NCBI GenBank assembly: GCA_963696385.1
Contig: CAVOKF010000005.1
Coordinates: forward strand, 256,001 to 320,000
Direction: 5' to 3'
Source: an uncultured delta proteobacterium
GTDB taxonomy: Bacteria > Myxococcota_A > Polyangia > Polyangiales > Polyangiaceae
Length of the DNA stretch: 64,000 bases
The number at the start of each line of letters is the position of its first letter. Position 1 is the first letter of the stretch. The notes under the pieces are model-generated. The model was not told the origin of the DNA, ran no database searches, and saw only the letters and a program-made list of their open reading frames with translations. Position numbers and translations under genes: made by a program. Below are positions 20,653-30,505 of this stretch, piece after piece.

Positions 20653-22869
20653 ATGAGCACTCCCGAAACGCCCACGCAGACTCCGGAGCCGAACGCATCG
20701 GACGCGCGCGTCGCACCCCGCGACGATTCCGACGCGGCGCCGGCCGCACTGGGCGCGACAGACCCCGGCGCAGCCGGCGCGCCGGATGCTGGGCCCTCTG
20801 CGCCAGGCGATTCCACGGCATCCGAGCCGACGCCGGAACTCCATGTCGAGTCGGATGCCCAAGATGCCGACGCGCAGAGCAACGGTCATGGCGCGGGAGT
20901 GGGGGTTGAAGCCGCGGCGCTCTCGGCAGGCCGTGAAGCGTCCACGGCGACGCCTCAGCCCTCCGACAAGCGGCGGCGCAAGCGGCGGCGCAAGAAGAAG
21001 CCCGGTGCGGTCGGGGCCGTGACCGAGGGTGGGTCGACCGAAGGCGGCGAGAGCGAAGGTGCGGAGCTCTCTGCGCCGCATGAGATCACGGGCTCAGTGC
21101 CCGCCATCGACGCTGCGGAGACGCGGGCCAGGGTTCGCGAGCGCAAGTCCGGCACATCGCGGGAGCGGCCTCCGGTCAATGCCGGCGACATCGTTTTCGG
21201 AAAGATTCTTGAGATCACCGATGAGGCCATCGTCGTCGACATACCCGGCAAGGCCCACGCCATCTTTGACCGGCGGGAAATGCTGCTTCCCGACGATGAC
21301 GACGCCCGTCCGTCGCCCCGTCCCTCCGATGCCGGGGGCGAAGAGGTGGCGCCCGCCAGCGGGGGCGATAACGTCGCTGCGCGACCGGGCGAAGCCGTGG
21401 AGTCATTGCCTGCCGACCAAGGGCGGATCGCTTCGGCGGCCGACGAAGTTTCAGCCACGTTAGCGGGCGAACCTCCGGCAACCTCTGTCGACGATGCAAC
21501 GAGCGGGGCATCCGCCGCCGAGGCCCCGACGCCATCCGGGGCGGTTCAAGAATCCGTTGCCTTGGGCTCCTCAACCCTCCACGCGCCTGCCGCTTCTGAC
21601 CTTCCGAAGGAGCCGAAGGTTCCACATGTGATCCTCGAGGTCGGCGCCGACTTCATTGGCGTCGTGCACAACGACGGCGGCCGGGGCGGGCTGGTTGTGC
21701 TGACGCATCATCCGAACCGTGGGGAGAAGGCGAAGCCTGCAATCGAAAAGGCCTATAACGACAAGGCGACTATCTTGGGGCTCGTGACCGGCGCCATCAA
21801 AGGGGGCGCCGAAGTAGACGTGGACGGCGTGCGAGCTTTTGCGCCCGGATCCCTCGTCGATCTGCGCCTTGGAGCCGACCTGTCCTACTTGATCGGAAAG
21901 CGCCTTCCGTTCTTCGTGACCCAGTATGCTAAGCGAGGTCGCGACGTCGTTCTTTCCCGCAAGTCCCTGCTCGAGGAGGAGGCCAGGAAGTCTCGTGCCG
22001 ACGCTCTCGCGAAGCTCAAAGTGGGGCAAGATCTCGACGGCGTCGTGCGCAGTGTCGTGCCGTTCGGGGCATTCATCGACGTTGGAGGTGTCGAAGGGCT
22101 CGTTCCTCTCCAGGAGATGAGCCACAACCGCGCCGATGGTCCCAGCGACGTGTTCAAGGCCGGTGAGTCGACGCGCGTTAGGGTGATTAAGATCGACGAC
22201 AAGGGCAAGATCTGGCTCTCGCGCAAGGCGACGGTCCCCGATCCCTGGCAACAGGTCGCCCAAAAATACGCTACGGGTACACGTCACTCCGGAAAGATTG
22301 CGCGGCTGCAGCCGTTTGGAGCCTTCGTCGAGCTCGAGTCCGGAGTGGACGGTCTCATCCATACGCAGGACCTTTCGATCAAGCGCATCGAGAGCCCGAG
22401 TGACGTCGTTAAAGTGGGCGACGCCATCGAAGTCGTGGTCTCCCATATCGACCCTACCCAGCACAAAATTGCACTCCATCCCGCGCCTCACGGCGATGCC
22501 GCCGCCGAGCCGCCCCAGCGGGTCGCCCCCCACAAGCCAGTCAAGGCGAAGGTCGTCAACATCGAGACCGGCGGCCTCGTCGTTCGCATCCTGGGTGTCA
22601 CCGGCCGGAATGCGCGTGGGTACGTCACCGCCGCGGGAACCGGCACGCCGCGGGGTACGGAGCTTCGGAAGGCCTTCAACGTCGGCCAGGAGATCGAGGC
22701 AAAGGTCATCGAGGTGGACCCGCGCCGGGGCGAAGTGAAGCTCTCAATCAAAGCGCTCAGCGAGGACCAAGAGCGAAACGCGTATCAGAACTATCGTCAG
22801 CAGCTGAAGGCCGAAGCACGGTTCACCTTCGGCGATCTGCTCGCGAAGAAGGGCAATCCGGGCCGTTAG
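20653..22869 (+). CDS. Ribosomal protein S1-like multi-S1-domain RNA-binding protein (probable RpsA paralog)
   Basis: About five S1 repeats (e.g. GVVRSVVPFGAFIDVGGVEGLV, GKIARLQPFGAFVELESGVDGLIH), an RpsA-like FTFGDLL tail, and a long acidic N-terminus. Confidence 0.85.
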   Translation: MSTPETPTQTPEPNASDARVAPRDDSDAAPAALGATDPGAAGAPDAGPSAPGDSTASEPTPELHVESDAQDADAQSNGHGAGVGVEAAALSAGREASTATPQPSDKRRRKRRRKKKPGAVGAVTEGGSTEGGESEGAELSAPHEITGSVPAIDAAETRARVRERKSGTSRERPPVNAGDIVFGKILEITDEAIVVDIPGKAHAIFDRREMLLPDDDDARPSPRPSDAGGEEVAPASGGDNVAARPGEAVESLPADQGRIASAADEVSATLAGEPPATSVDDATSGASAAEAPTPSGAVQESVALGSSTLHAPAASDLPKEPKVPHVILEVGADFIGVVHNDGGRGGLVVLTHHPNRGEKAKPAIEKAYNDKATILGLVTGAIKGGAEVDVDGVRAFAPGSLVDLRLGADLSYLIGKRLPFFVTQYAKRGRDVVLSRKSLLEEEARKSRADALAKLKVGQDLDGVVRSVVPFGAFIDVGGVEGLVPLQEMSHNRADGPSDVFKAGESTRVRVIKIDDKGKIWLSRKATVPDPWQQVAQKYATGTRHSGKIARLQPFGAFVELESGVDGLIHTQDLSIKRIESPSDVVKVGDAIEVVVSHIDPTQHKIALHPAPHGDAAAEPPQRVAPHKPVKAKVVNIETGGLVVRILGVTGRNARGYVTAAGTGTPRGTELRKAFNVGQEIEAKVIEVDPRRGEVKLSIKALSEDQERNAYQNYRQQLKAEARFTFGDLLAKKGNPGR

Positions 22870-22930
22870 CCCACGAGGTGGACTCGTCCGGTGCGTGCGG
22901 ACGTGTGAGTCCGGAAGCCGACTCCGCGCT

Positions 22931-23578
22931 TCACGGCCGTCGCGGGGGCGCCGCCGCTTTCCCCCTAGCTCGCGCTCGCTCAACCGGCGCACACGGGCCG
23001 GGCCGCCTGACGGCCATGCGATCCAGCGGGTTGGGGCATACGCCGCGGAGCCGGCACGAGCCACATTCAAGGCCACGCCAGATGCGATCGAATCGGGCTT
23101 GGGCGGCGTCGAGCATCCATTCGTCATCGGTCAAGACGCCCATCTCGAAATTGCGGCGGCCGTCGCCTTTGGCTCCCAGCCCAGCTCCGGTGAAGTTTGC
23201 ACTACCCAGGTAAAGGAGGCTGCCGTCGATGGCGATCATCTTGAGATGGACACGGGGGCAAGCGCGCATCTCGAAGCGCGGCGGTGCGAGCCGTTCGGAG
23301 CGCATCGAGAACTCCGCACGAAAGGGGCCTGACGGCGGCGCAGCGTGGAGGATCCGCACGCGCACCCCCCGGTCGCAGAGCGACTGGATCGTGTCGAGAA
23401 TGGGAATGTATCGGCCCCGCGCACGCTCGCGCGTGCCGACTGGGGCCTCCACGAGCAGCTGCTTCACGTTGGCGGTAGCGATCCAAACCGAGGTGTTGGC
23501 CTTCGCGATCGCCAGGGTTACGCGCTCGTAGTGTTCCCGGTCGATCACGAAGGAAACGAAGGCACGGCGAGTGGCCAC
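22931..23578 (-). CDS. Single-HKD phospholipase D-like domain protein
   Basis: HLKMIAID...LGSANFT...NFEMG, with C-terminal CGSCRLRGVC. GTG start at 23578. Confidence 0.85.
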   Translation of the reverse strand: MATRRAFVSFVIDREHYERVTLAIAKANTSVWIATANVKQLLVEAPVGTRERARGRYIPILDTIQSLCDRGVRVRILHAAPPSGPFRAEFSMRSERLAPPRFEMRACPRVHLKMIAIDGSLLYLGSANFTGAGLGAKGDGRRNFEMGVLTDDEWMLDAAQARFDRIWRGLECGSCRLRGVCPNPLDRMAVRRPGPCAPVERARARGKAAAPPRRP

Positions 23579-24273
23579 GGCGCCGGAGGACACCTTGTCG
23601 AGGATACCTCGGTGGCGTTCGGGGCGCCCCGTCGATCGACGGGCTGGGGCGCCGCCCTTGCGAGCTGCACGCCCGACCACGCGCCGAGGCCGATCAGGGC
23701 CAAGCCAATCGCACGAACGAGCCACGTCGTCGCTGCGCGTGGCAACTTCCCGTCGCCCGCGCGAAGCAGCGGTACGAAGGAGGAGACCCATCCGGCGACT
23801 CCCGCGGCGGCGCATGCCCCGAACGGAACGCAGACGAGCGCCGGCTGTCCGCCCAGGCCCCGCGAATAAGCGAGGGCCACGACGGCGCTCCACGTGAGCA
23901 ATAGCGTTGGGTTCAAGGCGGCTACCGTAAACCCCACGAAGGCCGTTCCCCCCCGATGTTCCGAGTCGTTCTTCCGGTCGGCGGGCCGCCAAAGTGCGAA
24001 CCTGACGCCGAGGCCCATCAGCAGCGCCGCCGTTGCACCGCGCGAAACAGGGATGACCCAGCGGTGTTGGGCGAGAAACGTGGTGAATCCCCAGAATGCG
24101 ACGCCCGCATAGATCCCTTCTGCAACTGCGGCACCCAGGCCGATGCGGAGCGCCGCACCGAACTGCCGATCGGCTGCGCGCGCCAACACCATCAAAGCTA
24201 CCGGTCCTGCGATGGGGACGGAGCCGACGAAGCCGAACGTCAGCGCAATCGCGCACACGGCCAGCAAGCGCAT
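23545..24273 (-). CDS. LysE family translocator
   Basis: GFVGSVPIAGPV, GLGAAVAEGIY and AALNPTL motifs, with about 6 TM segments. Confidence 0.85.
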   Translation of the reverse strand: MRLLAVCAIALTFGFVGSVPIAGPVALMVLARAADRQFGAALRIGLGAAVAEGIYAGVAFWGFTTFLAQHRWVIPVSRGATAALLMGLGVRFALWRPADRKNDSEHRGGTAFVGFTVAALNPTLLLTWSAVVALAYSRGLGGQPALVCVPFGACAAAGVAGWVSSFVPLLRAGDGKLPRAATTWLVRAIGLALIGLGAWSGVQLARAAPQPVDRRGAPNATEVSSTRCPPAPWPLAVPSFPS

Positions 24274-24278
24274 GACGG

Positions 24279-24944
24279 TTACCGCCCCGGCGCGAACTCT
24301 GAGACTGACGGGCTCCGGACACCTTCGGGCGAATCGAGCTCGAGGCCGGGCAGGATGCGCGTACGAGCGAACGCCAATCGCGACGACAGTGCGGCCTCTT
24401 GGTCGGCGCGAGCGACTTGCGTCGAAAACGTGAGCACGTAACACTTGCGCAAGAACCCCCCGAAGGCGAGCACGTGCCCCTTGAGTGGACGGTCGGGGCC
24501 GCTACCGGGCTCCAGGCCGACGAGAATTCGCGTATCGAACGTCCTCTGTGTGACGGCGACAGCGTCTTCGATGGCCAGCATGGGCTGCGAGGGCAAAAGA
24601 CCTCGCTCGCGCGCAAGTCTCTCGCATTGATCGCGACCGACGACGCTATCGGTCCGGAACACCGCGACGACTACGGTCGAATGAGTGGCGCTTTGCGTCG
24701 CTACGAACTCGGCGCACGATCGGTCGTCGACGACCCAGTCCGGTTTTTCCGGAAGCCGCAGTGAAAGGGACAAGTGCTTCGAGTGATACCGAACCATTGG
24801 GGTCGGCCCGTCCACGAAGGTCATCGCCGTGGGGATAGCGAGTGCCAAAGCCGAGTCGACCCTCGGCGTCGATGGGGCGCACGACAGGACGGAACACACG
24901 CAAAGCAAGAGAAAGGTCGTGTCGTTCCGTTGCCGAGATCTCAC
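24279..24944 (-). CDS. Hypothetical lipoprotein
   Basis: GTG overlaps the ilvE stop (GTGA). Lipobox-like VLSC. Confidence 0.6.
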   Translation of the reverse strand: MRSRQRNDTTFLLLCVCSVLSCAPSTPRVDSALALAIPTAMTFVDGPTPMVRYHSKHLSLSLRLPEKPDWVVDDRSCAEFVATQSATHSTVVVAVFRTDSVVGRDQCERLARERGLLPSQPMLAIEDAVAVTQRTFDTRILVGLEPGSGPDRPLKGHVLAFGGFLRKCYVLTFSTQVARADQEAALSSRLAFARTRILPGLELDSPEGVRSPSVSEFAPGR

Positions 24945-25861
24945 ACTCGCGTCAGCCACTCGGGGTGCGATCCGTCGCTGCCGCGGACGACGTCGAAGAA
25001 TCGCGCTTGAATTCGTTTGGTGATCGGACCCACCGTCCCGTCGCCGACCGTTCGGTTGTCGATCTCGCGTACCGGGGTAATCTCCGCCGCCGTGCCGGTG
25101 AAGAACACCTCGTCGGCCAGCCATAGCTGGTCGCGCGTGATACGGCCCTCCACGAGCGTCAGGGCCATCTCTCGCGCGAACTTGATCACTGTATCGCGTG
25201 TGATGCCTTCGAGAATCGAGCACGACAGGTCCGGTGTTTGAAGGACGCCCTTGCGTACGATGAAAATGTTCTCCCCCGATCCCTCGCTCACGTATCCGTT
25301 GACGTCGAGCAATATGGCCTCGTCGTAGCCGGCGAGCTTCGCTTCGCGCTTGGCGAGAACGCTATTGGCATACTGGCCGCACATCTTCGCCTTCGCCAAG
25401 CTCACGTTGATGTGATGGCGGGACAGCGAACTGATCTTTGCGCGGATGCCGTTTCGGAGGGCCTCGTCGCCCAAGTACGCACCCCATTGCCACGCAAGGA
25501 CGGCCGTCCGGACGGGGTTGTTCGGCACATAGATGCCCATGGCGCCTTCACCGATGAACACGAGCGGTCGAATGTACCCGTCGACCATTCCATTGACGCG
25601 AATGGTCTCGGTGCACACAGCCGCGATTTGTTCACGCGTGTACTTTGGTGACAACAGACACATCTTGCAGCCGTCGAACAAGCGGTCGATGTGATCGTGC
25701 AAACGGAAAATGTACGTTGCCCCATCGGCACGCTTGTAGGCTCGGACTCCGTCGAACACCGCGAGGCCGTAATGCAACGAGTGCGTCAGAACGTGGACGT
25801 TCGCCTCGTCCCAATCGACGAACTCGCCATCCAGCCAAATTTTCCTCAGCTTCTCGACCAT
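24941..25861 (-). CDS. ilvE: Branched-chain amino acid aminotransferase
   Basis: HSLHYG..VFDGVRAY, AKMCGQY (PLP lysine), EGSGENIF, ILEGITRD and FFTGTAAEITP. Confidence 0.96.
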   Translation of the reverse strand: MVEKLRKIWLDGEFVDWDEANVHVLTHSLHYGLAVFDGVRAYKRADGATYIFRLHDHIDRLFDGCKMCLLSPKYTREQIAAVCTETIRVNGMVDGYIRPLVFIGEGAMGIYVPNNPVRTAVLAWQWGAYLGDEALRNGIRAKISSLSRHHINVSLAKAKMCGQYANSVLAKREAKLAGYDEAILLDVNGYVSEGSGENIFIVRKGVLQTPDLSCSILEGITRDTVIKFAREMALTLVEGRITRDQLWLADEVFFTGTAAEITPVREIDNRTVGDGTVGPITKRIQARFFDVVRGSDGSHPEWLTRV

Positions 25862-25998
25862 TCGCGCCTCGGTCGCATCACGGCGTCGATTTAACTTAGT
25901 CGCCCGGGGTCCCGGGTGCCAGCGGCGCGTACCCGTAGCCAGGCCGTTCCCGATGAGTCCTTGACGGACGAGCGCGCGTCGGCATCCTGCTCAAAGCC

Positions 25999-26640
25999 AT
26001 GTGCCCCCACTGCGGCCGAGAGGCGCCTCTCGTGTATCACGGTATCCTGCCGCACTGTGCCGCGTGTGGCGCCATCCGCGCGCCGCTCTCCGGGCCGTCC
26101 GTTAATTTGGCTGGCAAGTCGTCCCAGGTTGGCGGCGCCATTGTCCGCGCTGCCGGTGGTGTCGTGATCGGCGCGGGGTGTCTTCTGGCCCTCGCGGTGG
26201 GGGGGCTGCTCTACGTCCTCGCGCCGTTCGCGGCTGCGGTAGCTGTTTCATTGGCCATCGCGGCGTTGGCGCTGGCGATTGGCTTGGCCCTATTGTTGGG
26301 AGGGCAGCGCTTGAGGCGGTCCGGCAACCAAGAGGAGCATGCAACTCGGCAGCGAGCGCTTCTCGCGCTCACGGAGGCGAGGGGCAACGTGTCCGCGCTC
26401 GAGGCTGCGCGCGTCCTGGGCCTCACGGAGTCCGATGCGGACCGGCTTCTGACCGATCTCGCGAAGCGGGAGCCGGAGCGCATGGCCGTTGATGTGGACC
26501 GTGAAGGGACCGTACGGTACCGGAGCCCGAGCGGCCCCGCGCCGGAGAATGTGCGAATCTCGGCGGACTCGAACGAGGCATCGAACGATGATTTGTACGC
26601 CGATGACCACGCGGAATGGCGAACGCGCCTTCCTCGATGA
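25999..26640 (+). CDS. Hypothetical membrane protein (zinc-ribbon N-terminus, 2 TM, wHTH-like C-terminus)
   Basis: CPHC...CAAC and two hydrophobic helices. Stop overlaps the UDG start (ATGA). Confidence 0.7.
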   Translation: MCPHCGREAPLVYHGILPHCAACGAIRAPLSGPSVNLAGKSSQVGGAIVRAAGGVVIGAGCLLALAVGGLLYVLAPFAAAVAVSLAIAALALAIGLALLLGGQRLRRSGNQEEHATRQRALLALTEARGNVSALEAARVLGLTESDADRLLTDLAKREPERMAVDVDREGTVRYRSPSGPAPENVRISADSNEASNDDLYADDHAEWRTRLPR

Positions 26641-27269
26641 GTCTCGGAGAGACGAGGCGTGCGCTTCGATTGTTGCATGACGAGCTCGACGCCTGCGCGG
26701 CGTGTCCGAAGATGATCGGTCCGGTCGTGCATGGTCCGCCCGTGGCGAGTCCGGTTCTACTGTTGGGGCAGGCACCCGGTCCCCGGGAGGGCTTCTTCGG
26801 ACGGCCGTTCGCCTGGACGGCCGGTCGGACCATGTTCCGCTGGTTCGAGGACGCCCTGGGCATCGACGAGGAGACGTTCCGCGCGCGCGTCTACATCGCC
26901 GCGGTCGCTCGATGCTTTCCGGGCAAGGCGAGCGGCGGAGGCGACCGGAGACCTGACGCGGACGAAGTTGCTCGATGCGAGAAATGGCTCGCTCGAGAGG
27001 TTACCATCGTCCAGCCGGAGCTGGTCGTGGCCGTCGGCACGCTCGCCATCGAGCGCGTGCTCGGGGCCAAGATGCCGCTGGTCGACGTGGTCGGCGGAAT
27101 GCGGCGTGCGCGCTGGCACGGGCGCGACGTGGATGTCCTGCCCCTGCCGCATCCTAGCGGCGCTTCGCCTTGGCCTCGGGTTGAGCCGGGCAAGAGTCTT
27201 CTCTCCAAGGCGCTGGGGCGGCTTGCACGACATCCCGCGATGCGCAGGGCACTCGAAGCTGAGGCGTGA
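26637..27269 (+). CDS. Uracil-DNA glycosylase superfamily protein (family 4/5-like, Fe-S cysteines)
   Basis: CAAC, LLGQAPG..E...GRPF, RCFPG, DRRP...C and LPHPSG. Confidence 0.9.
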   Translation: MSLGETRRALRLLHDELDACAACPKMIGPVVHGPPVASPVLLLGQAPGPREGFFGRPFAWTAGRTMFRWFEDALGIDEETFRARVYIAAVARCFPGKASGGGDRRPDADEVARCEKWLAREVTIVQPELVVAVGTLAIERVLGAKMPLVDVVGGMRRARWHGRDVDVLPLPHPSGASPWPRVEPGKSLLSKALGRLARHPAMRRALEAEA

Positions 27270-27303
27270 GGCAGGCCGGGCAGACGTGGCGCCGTGCATC
27301 GGG

Positions 27304-28032
27304 TCAGCGGCGGAGGAGCACGTACACCGCACCCTCTCCGCCGTCGCCGCCTTGCGCTGTGGCGAACGCCGCGACGTACTCACTCGAACTGCCTTGCGAC
27401 AGCCAAGCCGCAATCTCTCCTCGGAGGACCCCCGCGCCCGACGGGCTGTGATCGCCTTTGCCGTGAATCACCAAGACGCACCGCTCGGCGCGCGCTCGCA
27501 TGGTTCGGAGGAAGATCTGCACTTGAGCGCGCGCCTGTTCGGTGACCATTCCGTGCAAGTCCAACCGCGCGTCGATGGGGACCAAGCCACGGCGCAGCTT
27601 GCGGACCGCATCGATTGGAACGTCCAGCCGCCGGCCCTCCACCCGCTGGCCGTCGTCGCTCACTTCGAAGCGAACGCGTCCATCGACCAGAATCCGAAGG
27701 TGTTCGTGAACGGCATCCGCCTCTGCCCGCACCTCCTCTCTGCCCCGCGAGGCGATGCGCTCGACCGCGAGGGATCGCTCGATGGGGTGCTTCGGAATCC
27801 GGCCCCGTGATCGGTCGATCGGGGTCACGCCCGCAAAAACGCGATGCAGGAGCGTAGCATCATTACCCGGTTCATCGGTCTCCGCCCGGCGTTTTGGCGT
27901 GGCGCCAGGCCGGATTTGGATCGTGGACGACGCGCTCTCCTGCTTCAGAAATTCATCGCGCAGAGGGCGCAGCACCTCGAAGGGATTTCCACGGGCTTTC
28001 GTCTTGTTGCTCATGGGCGGCTTGCGGCTCAT
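27304..28032 (-). CDS. Stand-alone Smr domain protein
   Basis: LRRG...DARLDLHG, LVIHGKG, AFATA and GGEGAVYVLL. Confidence 0.92.
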   Translation of the reverse strand: MSRKPPMSNKTKARGNPFEVLRPLRDEFLKQESASSTIQIRPGATPKRRAETDEPGNDATLLHRVFAGVTPIDRSRGRIPKHPIERSLAVERIASRGREEVRAEADAVHEHLRILVDGRVRFEVSDDGQRVEGRRLDVPIDAVRKLRRGLVPIDARLDLHGMVTEQARAQVQIFLRTMRARAERCVLVIHGKGDHSPSGAGVLRGEIAAWLSQGSSSEYVAAFATAQGGDGGEGAVYVLLRR

Positions 28033-28277
28033 CGGCGGTCCCCGCTCTCACTGCGTCGTGCACGAATCGCGGCAAGGACGGCTTGGATACCGGCAAGGAT
28101 GCCGTCTTCGTATTGCCAATCCGCGTCTTCCAACTCGGGAAAATCGTGCGGATTGCGAATGTCCTCCGCGGTCAAGTCCGGCCGCAAGCGCCGTGCGAGA
28201 TCGACGACCCTTCGGAGTTGAAGCCCTTCAATCTCGCCGACGAGGCTCTCGACTTCGCGCCACGTCGTCGTGCCCAT
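28029..28277 (-). CDS. Conserved-looking hypothetical protein (82 aa)
   Basis: Translationally coupled to the Smr gene. Reads ...DIRNPHDFPELEDADWQYEDGILAG. Confidence 0.75.
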   Translation of the reverse strand: MGTTTWREVESLVGEIEGLQLRRVVDLARRLRPDLTAEDIRNPHDFPELEDADWQYEDGILAGIQAVLAAIRARRSESGDRR

Positions 28278-28289
28278 GGGCCCCAAACT

Positions 28290-28859
28290 TTAGCACCGAC
28301 GACTTCGTCGCCAGAACGCCTCGAGCGGTGCATACACCAGCGCATGGGTCACCTGGCCGCTGTCCAGCAAGTCGCCGATCCTCGCAACCGGTACGAGCGC
28401 CGTTTCGAGCTCTTCCATGGCGTCGAATCGCGTTGTGCCCGTCGGCTGGACGCCGCGCGCGACGAACGAGAAGCACCGGTTTCCCTGGATGGCAGGATTG
28501 GGCTCGAGTACGAGTAGCGGTTCCAGCCGTTCGGCTTGGTATCCCGTCTCCTCGAAGAGCTCTCGCCGCGCCGCATCTTCGGGTCGCTCGTCATCGTCGA
28601 TGACGCCGCCGGGGATTTCGAGCGAGATGGCATCGGTCCCGAAGCGGTACTGCCAGACGAACACGGCCTGGTCGTCGCCGGTTACGGCCACGACGTTGCA
28701 CCAGTCCCGGCAGCGCAGAGTAAAGGCATCGCCGCGTGCTCGCCCGGTGGCGTCTTGGAGACCGATGCGGCAAACGTCGAGCACGCGATACGAGGCGAGG
28801 GGCTCGAGACGCACTTGACGCCACTTGGCCAGCTTGGGCAAGGGTACGACGAAGGACAT
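28290..28859 (-). CDS. NUDIX hydrolase (ADP-ribose pyrophosphatase-like)
   Basis: QYRFG and the Nudix box EIPGGVIDDDERPEDAARRELFEETGY. Confidence 0.92.
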   Translation of the reverse strand: MSFVVPLPKLAKWRQVRLEPLASYRVLDVCRIGLQDATGRARGDAFTLRCRDWCNVVAVTGDDQAVFVWQYRFGTDAISLEIPGGVIDDDERPEDAARRELFEETGYQAERLEPLLVLEPNPAIQGNRCFSFVARGVQPTGTTRFDAMEELETALVPVARIGDLLDSGQVTHALVYAPLEAFWRRSRRC

Positions 28860-28911
28860 GGGCTTGTGCGAGCGTAGCGCACGGTTGCGGGTGCTAAGCT
28901 CTCGCACGCCA

Positions 28912-29664
28912 ATGGTGACGACATTTCGGTGGCTTGCAAAGTTGAAGCGCGGCATCGATTTCGTCGTCGAAGACGTTCAAGCGACGTGTCGAAACGATCC
29001 GGCCGCCCGTTCGTTCGTCGAAGTTCTCCTGGTGTATCCAGGGCTGCACGCATTGTGGCTGCACCGTGCCGCACATGCCCTTTGGCGGCGCGAGAACAAG
29101 CTCGGCGCTCGGCTGCTTGCCCACGCGAGCCGCTTCATGACCGGAGTCGAGATCCATCCAGCCGCGACAATCGGACGTCGCGTCGTCATCGATCACGGTA
29201 TGGGGATCGTGATTGGCGAGACGGCGACCGTCGGCGACGATTGCCTTCTCTACAAGGGGGTCAATCTTGGCGGTACGAAGCTCGTGCGCACGATGCGGCA
29301 CCCGCAAGTTGGCCACGGGGTGGTCATCGGAGCGAACGCTTGCATCATCGGCGCGATTCACGTCGGCGATCACGCGCGGATCGGTTCCGGGAGCGTCGTC
29401 GTGAAGGACGTCCCGCCTGGCGCCACCGTCGTCGGAGTCCCTGCTCGCATCATCGTGCCCAAGCACGCACGGTTCGACGCCGCGCTCGACCACGCGAGCT
29501 TGCCGGACCCCGTGATCGACATGATCCGCGCACTGGCGCATCAGAACGATCAGCTCCAGGGGCGGGTCTCGGCGCTCGAGCAGAAGCTCGGACTTGTGCG
29601 CGAAACGCACCCATTCCGCTTGCCCTACGACGGCGATGAGCTGCCGCCTGCAGACGGCGGCTGA
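28912..29664 (+). CDS. cysE: Serine O-acetyltransferase
   Basis: DPAARS..EVLLVYPGLHA, TGVEIHPAA.IG, IDHGMGIVIGETA, RHP and hexapeptide repeats. Confidence 0.95.
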   Translation: MVTTFRWLAKLKRGIDFVVEDVQATCRNDPAARSFVEVLLVYPGLHALWLHRAAHALWRRENKLGARLLAHASRFMTGVEIHPAATIGRRVVIDHGMGIVIGETATVGDDCLLYKGVNLGGTKLVRTMRHPQVGHGVVIGANACIIGAIHVGDHARIGSGSVVVKDVPPGATVVGVPARIIVPKHARFDAALDHASLPDPVIDMIRALAHQNDQLQGRVSALEQKLGLVRETHPFRLPYDGDELPPADGG

Positions 29665-29672
29665 TTCCTCGC

Positions 29673-30146
29673 ATGACAAAGCCAGAAGCGAAGGACGAGC
29701 AGCTGATCGTCAAAAATCGCCGCGCCGTTTTCGATTACGACATCACCGAGCGGTTCGAGGCGGGCCTCTCGCTCGCTGGCAGCGAAGTGAAAGCAATGCG
29801 CGCTGGAAAGGTGGACGTGTCCGATGCGTTCGTCTCGGTTGAACGCGGTGAGGCGTGGCTCCGGCAGATGTTCGTTGCGCCGTTCGAAGCCGCAAATGCC
29901 TTTCCCCACGAACCGCGTCGACCGCGCAAGCTCCTGCTTCACGCGCGTGAGATTGCTGTTATCGGCCGCGCGCTGGCGCGTGACGGCTGCACGGCGGTGC
30001 CGGTCCGTCTCTACTTCAAGCGCGGTCGCGTGAAGGTGGAGGTCGGGATCGGCACGGGTAGAAAGCACTACGACAAGCGGGCCCACATCGCGCAGCGTGA
30101 CGCGCAACGAGAGGCGCGGGCAGTAGTGCGCGGTGCGAAGCGATGA
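29673..30146 (+). CDS. smpB: SsrA-binding protein
   Basis: NRRAVFDY, EAGLSLAGSEVK, RPRKLLLH and GRKHYDKR. Confidence 0.97.
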   Translation: MTKPEAKDEQLIVKNRRAVFDYDITERFEAGLSLAGSEVKAMRAGKVDVSDAFVSVERGEAWLRQMFVAPFEAANAFPHEPRRPRKLLLHAREIAVIGRALARDGCTAVPVRLYFKRGRVKVEVGIGTGRKHYDKRAHIAQRDAQREARAVVRGAKR

Positions 30147-30448
30147 AGGACGAGCGCGTAGCGCGAAGCCAGGGAGAGGCACATGTCCGATGGTCCAAGG
30201 GCGGTGAAGGGCGTATCGTGTCCATCGATGCGGAGTCCATTGTGCTTCGTTCCACGGTTCCGGCGCCCCCGGGATCGCGCATCGACGGTTTGACGGCGTC
30301 GCCAATCAGGTTTGCCGTGCGCGTCAAGATTCATGCGTGCAGGCGTCAGCCGGAGGGGGACTTTCTGCTCGAAGGCCGCCCGCTGGATTTGAAACGGGAG
30401 CAACGCGAGCGACTCCAGGTCGTGGCGCGGGAATGCCGCGGTCCGTGA
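30143..30448 (+). CDS. Small hypothetical protein, possibly a degenerate PilZ-like beta barrel
   Basis: ATGA overlap with smpB. Alternating beta pattern, but no canonical RxxxR or DxSxxG. Confidence 0.6.
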   Translation: MKDERVARSQGEAHVRWSKGGEGRIVSIDAESIVLRSTVPAPPGSRIDGLTASPIRFAVRVKIHACRRQPEGDFLLEGRPLDLKREQRERLQVVARECRGP

Positions 30449-30505
30449 GGCCCGCGTAAGAGGGCCGCGGGAAGACGTGCCGAGGCCCTCTTTGTACGCG
30501 CTCGT

